64,000 nucleotides of DNA from Patescibacteria group bacterium (GTDB lineage: Bacteria > Patescibacteriota > Minisyncoccia > UBA6257 > JACRHW01). Below are positions 58,256 to 64,000 of this stretch, one piece after another; the stretch's first letter is position 1, and each line of letters starts with the position of its first letter. Under the pieces are notes generated by a model. That model had not been told where the DNA came from. It saw nothing but the letters and a program-made list of their open reading frames with translations, and searched no databases. The translations under genes were made by a program, and so were the position numbers. The DNA lies in assembly GCA_028865725.1 (NCBI GenBank), contig JAGWJP010000003.1, positions 1,697 to 65,696 on the forward strand, in the 5' to 3' direction.

Positions 58256-59488
58256 ATGTCTCAGCGGCAAAAAATACTTATCATTATTGTCGGAATCATT
58301 GTCCTTATGGGATTTTTGGGGTTGCTTGTTTTCTTTTTTGGGAAAAAATCCGCATCTCCTCCTCCAGGAGCAAACACGGCAAATAGCGATATATCGACAA
58401 TACCATCGTTGACCCCTGAAAATATAACCGCGTCTTCATCGTTTACACAGATCACGGAAAACCCCGTCCCTCTCGCATATTACGATCAAGGAATACTCTA
58501 CTCCATCGATACGAATGGCGCATTGTGGAAAAAAGACTTGAGTGCTCCTACGACCGTCCAAACACAAGGTGTCTCTTCCTCCACCATTGCGGGGGAGGTA
58601 ATTCCTCCCGCTCCTACGAATGAAGCGCAACGTCTCGGCGGATTCACTGTCAACAATCCAAACACGCTACTCGTCTCTCCAAACGGAAATACCATTCTTA
58701 TTGGAGAGGGGACAGTAAACGGACAAAAAACATTTTCACTCGTCTCCCAAAACGGAGATCCCATAGTCACACTACCTCAAGGAGTGGAAGAAGCGGCGTT
58801 CTTAACAAATGCCACGCTTGCGTATTATAAAGAAACGATCTCAGGGGCTGGGATCTATACCTATACCATTACCGATAAAAAAGAGCGTCTGATACGAACC
58901 CTCAATCCACTTGATATACATCTCTACCGTATCGATGACACGACCCTTCTCCTCGCAGAAAAACCTACTCACGGTATTACCACGGCCAGCTTTCTTCTCA
59001 ATATGAAAACAGGGGTGCTCTCGAATTATTTTTCAGGGTTTCTTGGCACCTCATTATCTCCGCTAGGAAATCAAAGAGTCCTTGCTCTAACCGGAGATCC
59101 AATCGACGCAAATGGAAATAGCTCCTACCATCTCTCCTTGCTCAACAAGGAGGGGTCTGTCACCCATACGCTTACTATTATCACCATGCCGGAAAAATGT
59201 GTTGCCGACGCGCAGGGCATCTACTTGTATTGCGCGATCCCTTTGGAATGGACCTCGAATATGCCAGACTTGTCCTTACCAGACGACTACTATGCACAAA
59301 ATGCAGGATTTTCTGAGACTATTTTACGTATAAACCTACAAACCTTTTTTACTGAAAACATCAACCAGACCCCCACACTCTATGATGCAGTACACCTCTC
59401 GTTAAGCGCCGACAACACGACCCTCTATTTCTATGACAGAAGAACAAATAATGAATTTTCCCTCTTGTTGCCCCCTCCAAAAATCTGA
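58256..59488 (+). CDS. Membrane-anchored beta-propeller-like protein
   Basis: N-terminal TM, beta-rich repeats, T.PEKC....YCA.P....LPDDYY. Confidence 0.7.
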   Translation: MSQRQKILIIIVGIIVLMGFLGLLVFFFGKKSASPPPGANTANSDISTIPSLTPENITASSSFTQITENPVPLAYYDQGILYSIDTNGALWKKDLSAPTTVQTQGVSSSTIAGEVIPPAPTNEAQRLGGFTVNNPNTLLVSPNGNTILIGEGTVNGQKTFSLVSQNGDPIVTLPQGVEEAAFLTNATLAYYKETISGAGIYTYTITDKKERLIRTLNPLDIHLYRIDDTTLLLAEKPTHGITTASFLLNMKTGVLSNYFSGFLGTSLSPLGNQRVLALTGDPIDANGNSSYHLSLLNKEGSVTHTLTIITMPEKCVADAQGIYLYCAIPLEWTSNMPDLSLPDDYYAQNAGFSETILRINLQTFFTENINQTPTLYDAVHLSLSADNTTLYFYDRRTNNEFSLLLPPPKI

Positions 59489-59531
59489 TTCATGATGCCC
59501 TTACGGACCTCGTATTCGCCTGAAGCCTAAC

Positions 59532-59565
59532 AAATATCCTCAGACTTACATGCCTGAGGATATTT
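59532..59565. terminator. Bidirectional hairpin between the convergent T4SS and jag operons
   Basis: AAATATCCTCAG ... CTGAGGATATTT perfect 12-bp stem. Confidence 0.7.
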
Positions 59566-59590
59566 ATCTCACTGTCTCTCACACCGCGAT

Positions 59591-60034
59591 TTAAGGATTA
59601 TAAGGCCTAATTGTTACATAACGATTATCACCCTCTCCCTTACTCTCCGTAATAATATCAGGATGTACGGCAAGTTCAAGGTGAATAATGCGCCGTTCAA
59701 AGGGTTTCATGGGAGGAAGTCTAACTTCTTTTTTGGTCGTCACTACTTGTCGGGCTATTTTTCTAATATATTCCTTCAATTTTCCTTCCCGTTCACTCCT
59801 GTAATTATTAATATCAATAGAAAATACAGTGTCAATATTACTGTGTTTTGCGAGAAGTTTTAGTACTCTCTCGATATCAGAAATGTTTTCTCCATTTTTT
59901 CCAATCATAAACCCCGCGTCGTCAAGAGATATCTGTATTTTTGCAGCAGTACCCAGAAAGACCGCACTTACCTGTGGGTTCTGGATTCCCATATTATGTA
60001 AAAACTCTTCGATGAGTGTTTGGAGCTGTCCCAT
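59591..60034 (-). CDS. jag: Jag/EloR-like KH-R3H RNA-binding protein
   Basis: IGKNGE (KH), DINNYR, PM...ERRIIH..L, S.GEG..R. Confidence 0.9.
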   Translation of the reverse strand: MGQLQTLIEEFLHNMGIQNPQVSAVFLGTAAKIQISLDDAGFMIGKNGENISDIERVLKLLAKHSNIDTVFSIDINNYRSEREGKLKEYIRKIARQVVTTKKEVRLPPMKPFERRIIHLELAVHPDIITESKGEGDNRYVTIRPYNP

Positions 60035-60055
60035 ACCTCACAAATTTCTTGTTCC

Positions 60056-60772
60056 TTATATTTGTTTTATCTCCGTTTCAAGAGATTCTGACTGAATAAT
60101 ACGTTTTGTTACTACGTATTCACCAATGGAGAATACCGTACTTGCGATCCAGTACAATCCTACCACTGCAGGTAGTTTTACCAAAATAATCAACGTTAGT
60201 AAAGGAAACACAAAAATCATAGCCGACATCATTTGGGCCGCTTCTCCTCCCGCAGTATTCGGCATAAAGAATTTTGACTGTATAAACTGAAGAAGCGCGG
60301 CAACAAGTGCCACTTCAATAAGAGGTGTGTTTACATCGAAAAGACCTAAAAAGGTATGATGGACAGGAAGAGTAATATGAATAAATGAATAGAGGGAGGC
60401 CTGAACATTAGAGGAAAATGCCTTCATACTGATACGATAGAGTGTAATAAGAAGCACTACTTGTACAATGATAAAAAGAAAACCTGAAAAAGGATTAATT
60501 TTGTGCCTTTCATACAAGTGCATCATAGCCTTCACCTGGGCTTCTTTGTCGTCTTTATGCTCTTTTTGTATTTTTGCCATCTCAGGCTGAAGCTTGCTTA
60601 GTACCATCTGGTAGCGCATATTTTTGTGAAAAATAGGAAAAATAGCCAAGCGCACAACAATAGTAAACAAGATAATAGCAATGCCCGCATCTGAAAAAGC
60701 AGCGGTGTGGTAAATAAAAAATAAAAGATTGGTAAGCGGTCTTACTATAATTTCATTATAGAGAAAAACCAT
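60056..60772 (-). CDS. yidC: Membrane protein insertase YidC/Oxa1
   Basis: G.AII.FT..VR...P, LQP...IQK..K, LY..HK.NP, LYW. Confidence 0.93.
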   Translation of the reverse strand: MVFLYNEIIVRPLTNLLFFIYHTAAFSDAGIAIILFTIVVRLAIFPIFHKNMRYQMVLSKLQPEMAKIQKEHKDDKEAQVKAMMHLYERHKINPFSGFLFIIVQVVLLITLYRISMKAFSSNVQASLYSFIHITLPVHHTFLGLFDVNTPLIEVALVAALLQFIQSKFFMPNTAGGEAAQMMSAMIFVFPLLTLIILVKLPAVVGLYWIASTVFSIGEYVVTKRIIQSESLETEIKQI

Positions 60773-60787
60773 AACATTATTTCTTGG

Positions 60788-61144
60788 TTAAACTAACAAT
60801 TTTGCCCGACGAAAGAGCGTGGTAAGTTCTTGCCTCCGTTTTTCATGTTTCATGGTATACACGACAGAAGAAGTAACTCTTATTACTATATCATATCCCA
60901 TGACAAGAGAGGGGCGTAATTCTTCCATAACACCACGCATCGCCCTTTTTATATAGTTTCGTTCTACTGCTTTCTTATTTATTTTTGCCCCCACCACTAC
61001 TGTTGCTCGCGTACACATCAGATTATTTTCTTTGATATATAACGCGAAAAAGGGTGAGGATACCCTTTTACCCGACACAAAAACCTTTTTCACCCCATCG
61101 TTTCTTAAAAGACGCTGTATCTTTTTCTCCACAGCATTAAACAT
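60788..61144 (-). CDS. rnpA: Ribonuclease P protein component
   Basis: K..KKAV.RN..KR..R, G.DIV; located between rpmH and yidC. Confidence 0.9.
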   Translation of the reverse strand: MFNAVEKKIQRLLRNDGVKKVFVSGKRVSSPFFALYIKENNLMCTRATVVVGAKINKKAVERNYIKRAMRGVMEELRPSLVMGYDIVIRVTSSVVYTMKHEKRRQELTTLFRRAKLLV

Positions 61145-61281
61145 TAAGCGCTTAAAGAAGCACGTCCTTTGCGACGCCTGTTCTGTAACACCCGCTTTCC
61201 CCCAGGAGTTCGCGATCGTTTTAAAAATCCATGAGTGCGCGCGCGTTTTCTTTTTTTGGGTTGATATGTTCTTTTTGGCAT
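61144..61281 (-). CDS. rpmH: 50S ribosomal protein L34 (not in ORF track)
   Basis: Translated by hand: [45 protein letters not shown]; TAATG overlap with rnpA. Confidence 0.96.
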   Translation of the reverse strand: MPKRTYQPKKRKRARTHGFLKRSRTPGGKRVLQNRRRKGRASLSA

Positions 61282-61543
61282 AAAAAATAATACAGTTCAG
61301 TTCATTATTATGTGTATTTGCAGTATATCTTTTTCTCTGTTTTTTTTCAATCCCACTGCCAAAACAACATCGTTATACGAATAAGCCATTGGCATATAAG
61401 CCTGGGGGGGTTTTGTTTCTTAAATTTTCGAAAAAAATATCTATCCACAGCTTCTTCACAACTTCTCCATTGGTCAAGACTTGTTCGCGTCACAAACGAT
61501 GCTATACTGCAGATATCACGTAAGTATTCTATCTTTGTTTTTT

Positions 61544-62914
61544 ATGAACTGCGACGAATTATGGCAAAAGATTCTAGGAGAACTAGAACTCCAAATTTCG
61601 AAAGCTAATTTTATTACGTGGCTAAAGCACAGCTCCCTCACAGAAGTCAATCAGGGCGTTGCAAAAATATCTCTCAAATCAAATTTTGCAAAAGAATGGG
61701 TAGAAAATAAATATCACAAACAAATACTTCATCTTCTCCATTATTATGACAACTCAATACGCAATGCACATTATGTTATTGTCTCAGCCGCAACGATTTC
61801 TCCGCTCGTTTCTTCACAAAAAACATTTGCCGCTGCAGAAGAACTCCAGTTAGAAATTGCCGAGCAGGGAATTGATCCCGTTACCAACCTTAACGCGAAA
61901 TATAATTTCGATCATCTTGTAATAGGAGCCACTAATGAACTCGCCGCAGCGGCATGTTACGCTATTATTCAAGAAGTGGGTAAAAAATATAACCCGTTAT
62001 TTATCTATGGGGGAGTAGGAGTGGGAAAAACACATCTTCTTCAGGCAACGGGAAATGAAATTGTTAAAAAATACCACAATCAAATAAAAGTACTTTACGT
62101 CACGTCGGAAAAATTCACAAGCGATGTCGTCACTGCGTTACAAACAAAAGGAATCGAACGCATTGATGCCATGAAACAAAAATATCGTAATGCGGATGTT
62201 CTTATTATTGATGACATCCAGTTTATTGCTGGACGAGAACGTACGGAAGAAGAATTCTTTAATACTTTCAATGCTCTTTATAATAACAACAAACAGATTA
62301 TCCTTTCTTCTGATCGCCCCCCGCGCGCACTTCCTATTATTGCAGAACGCTTAAAATCTCGTTTTGAGGGGGGAATGCTTGCCGATATTCAATTCCCCGA
62401 ATATGAAATGCGACTCGCTATTCTTAAAAATAAACTCCTTGATAAACAATGCGATCTACCTGATTACGTAATAGAAACTATTGCACAAAAAGTTCAAAAA
62501 AACATACGAGAATTAGAAGGTATGCTTACCAAAGTTATTTTCATCACACGTCAAAAAGGACTTCCTCCCGAACAAGAGGAATTAGAGAAGGTACTTCGTG
62601 TGTATTCCGATACGTCTGTACGCATGATTTCTCCTGCAAAAATAATAAAAACTACTGCTGATTTTTTCGAAATTAATGAAAAAGATGTAATAGGCCATGA
62701 AAGAAAAAAAGAAGTAGTTCTTCCCCGTCAAGTTGCCATGTATCTTTTAAGAAAAGAATTAAAAGCTTCCTATCCTTTTATTGGTGCTAAATTTGGAAAC
62801 AGAGATCACACCACCGCTATTCATGCTTACAACAAAATTTCAAATGAAGTAGCAAAAAATAATAATTTGAATCGAATTATTTCGGAAATTATTGAACGCA
62901 TTAATAATAATTAA
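61544..62914 (+). CDS. dnaA: Chromosomal replication initiator DnaA
   Basis: YNPLFIYGGVGVGKTHL, IDDIQF, SDRPP, RL.SRF, NIRELEG, RDHTT. Confidence 0.98.
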   Translation: MNCDELWQKILGELELQISKANFITWLKHSSLTEVNQGVAKISLKSNFAKEWVENKYHKQILHLLHYYDNSIRNAHYVIVSAATISPLVSSQKTFAAAEELQLEIAEQGIDPVTNLNAKYNFDHLVIGATNELAAAACYAIIQEVGKKYNPLFIYGGVGVGKTHLLQATGNEIVKKYHNQIKVLYVTSEKFTSDVVTALQTKGIERIDAMKQKYRNADVLIIDDIQFIAGRERTEEEFFNTFNALYNNNKQIILSSDRPPRALPIIAERLKSRFEGGMLADIQFPEYEMRLAILKNKLLDKQCDLPDYVIETIAQKVQKNIRELEGMLTKVIFITRQKGLPPEQEELEKVLRVYSDTSVRMISPAKIIKTTADFFEINEKDVIGHERKKEVVLPRQVAMYLLRKELKASYPFIGAKFGNRDHTTAIHAYNKISNEVAKNNNLNRIISEIIERINNN

Positions 62915-63196
62915 TAAATGTGCGTAGGGGGAGAAGTATAATCTCATAATGTGGAAAATGTGGGGAAAAGTGTGGGTATAACTTATGAGTGGTTATAAGA
63001 ATAATGAGAGGATAATATTTCAAAAAATAAAGAAATAGATATTTTTCGGATATTATCCCCATAGTGGTTTATCTTTATCATCATATTATCCACAGGAATT
63101 TGTGTACTTTTTTTCTTGAACTGTACTCAAAATTAAACTATTTCCCCTTATTTTTTATAGTTATTACTATTACTACTAATTAGAATTATTACCATT
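62915..63196. other. Replication origin oriC (dnaA-dnaN intergenic)
   Basis: DnaA boxes TGTGGAAAA 62950, TTATCCCCA 63053, TTATCCACA 63086; AT-rich; trio-like TTATTACTATTACTACTA 63161-63178. Confidence 0.8.
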
Positions 63197-64000
63197 ATGA
63201 AACTCATTATATTGCGCGAACATCTTAATCGAGCACTTAGTATTGTTGAAAAATCTTTAGGAACAAATGAGTTAATGCCAATCTTAAAAAATGTAGTGAT
63301 CAGGACAGAGCAAGGAAAAATACATCTTATCACTACAAATCTTGAAACAGCTATTATTGCAACGCTAAACGGAAAAATTGAAGAAGAAGGGGATGTTGCA
63401 GTGTCAGGATCAGGGTTATTGCAGGTAATTTCTAATTTGAAAGATGAGAAAATACATGTGGTTACGGATAACCAGAAACTTCTTATTACCACCGATACAT
63501 TCCAGGGAGAATTAGTAACCGTTTCACTTACTGATTTTCCTCTTATCCCTAAAGTTCAATCTGATTCGTATATCGATGTGTCAGTAAAAGCCTTACATAG
63601 AGCGCTTGATATGGTTTCTCTCGCTATTTCACCCCATACTATTCGTCAAGAATTAAATGGAGTATTTTTTACCTTTAAGAACCACGATCTTGTGTGTGTG
63701 GGAAGTGATGGATTTAGGCTTTCAGAAAAAAAAATTAATATCATTTCTTCTACGATAGAAGAAATGCAATGTATTATTCCTTCAAGAACAATACAACTTC
63801 TTAGTAGGGTCATGGAATATACTTCCAGTGAAACTATTCGTATTGCAATAGAAGCGCATCAATGTATTTTTTTAGTAAATGAATATACACTTATTTCAAA
63901 TTGTGTAGATGGAAATTATCCGTCTTATGAGAATTTTGTTCCTAAAGATTTTGATACTGAAATTTTGATTAATAAAGTAACCCTTGCAGATGCTGTACGG
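63197..64000 (+). CDS. dnaN: DNA polymerase III beta clamp (runs off the window end)
   Basis: Translated by hand: MKLIILREHLNRALSIVEK...PILKNV...TTNLE...DFP...RQELNGV...SDGFRL...GNYPSYE. Confidence 0.95.
   Translation, partial: MKLIILREHLNRALSIVEKSLGTNELMPILKNVVIRTEQGKIHLITTNLETAIIATLNGKIEEEGDVAVSGSGLLQVISNLKDEKIHVVTDNQKLLITTDTFQGELVTVSLTDFPLIPKVQSDSYIDVSVKALHRALDMVSLAISPHTIRQELNGVFFTFKNHDLVCVGSDGFRLSEKKINIISSTIEEMQCIIPSRTIQLLSRVMEYTSSETIRIAIEAHQCIFLVNEYTLISNCVDGNYPSYENFVPKDFDTEILINKVTLADAVR

Noticed and set aside
63148-63492. 114-aa minus-strand ORF
   Set aside because: Antisense to dnaN, which the track omits because it has no stop within the window.

Overview
This window looks like a chromosomal segment from a Patescibacteria/CPR (Parcubacteria-like) genome using genetic code 11. 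That assignment is inferred from the gene content: short IF-2, alpha2-type GlyRS, core genes without Shine-Dalgarno sites, and a PrgI/VirB4/pilin cluster. The window ends at the replication origin (jag-yidC-rnpA-rpmH / dnaA-oriC-dnaN). Core genes include recO, glyQS, metG, infB, rbfA, msrAB, a XerC-like recombinase, rpsO, pnp, comM, pcrA and rsmA, plus three tRNAs (Cys-GCA, Ser-GCT, Lys-CTT). About 17 kb of accessory DNA lies between the convergent tRNA-Ser and tRNA-Lys, and both tRNAs have duplicated 3' ends. This region holds a TrmB-divergent operon (P-loop kinase, Gfo/Idh/MocA oxidoreductase, methyltransferase-like/SelO-like fusion), a GH13-DedA-GT4-GT2 cluster, an adenosine deaminase and an Rsm22-like methyltransferase. 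A ~13 kb chromosomal type IV secretion-like operon sits just left of oriC. The main hunt results are: (1) a candidate unannotated structured RNA with a near-perfect four-way junction directly upstream of tRNA-Ser; (2) inverted heptamer-repeat hairpins in four consecutive T4SS spacers; (3) the kinase/oxidoreductase/MTase-SelO operon; (4) dispersed autonomous single-gene cassettes with their own promoter, SD and ACC..GGT terminator; (5) several enzymes with altered catalytic or cofactor residues. All calls were made by eye; no database searches or folding programs were run.
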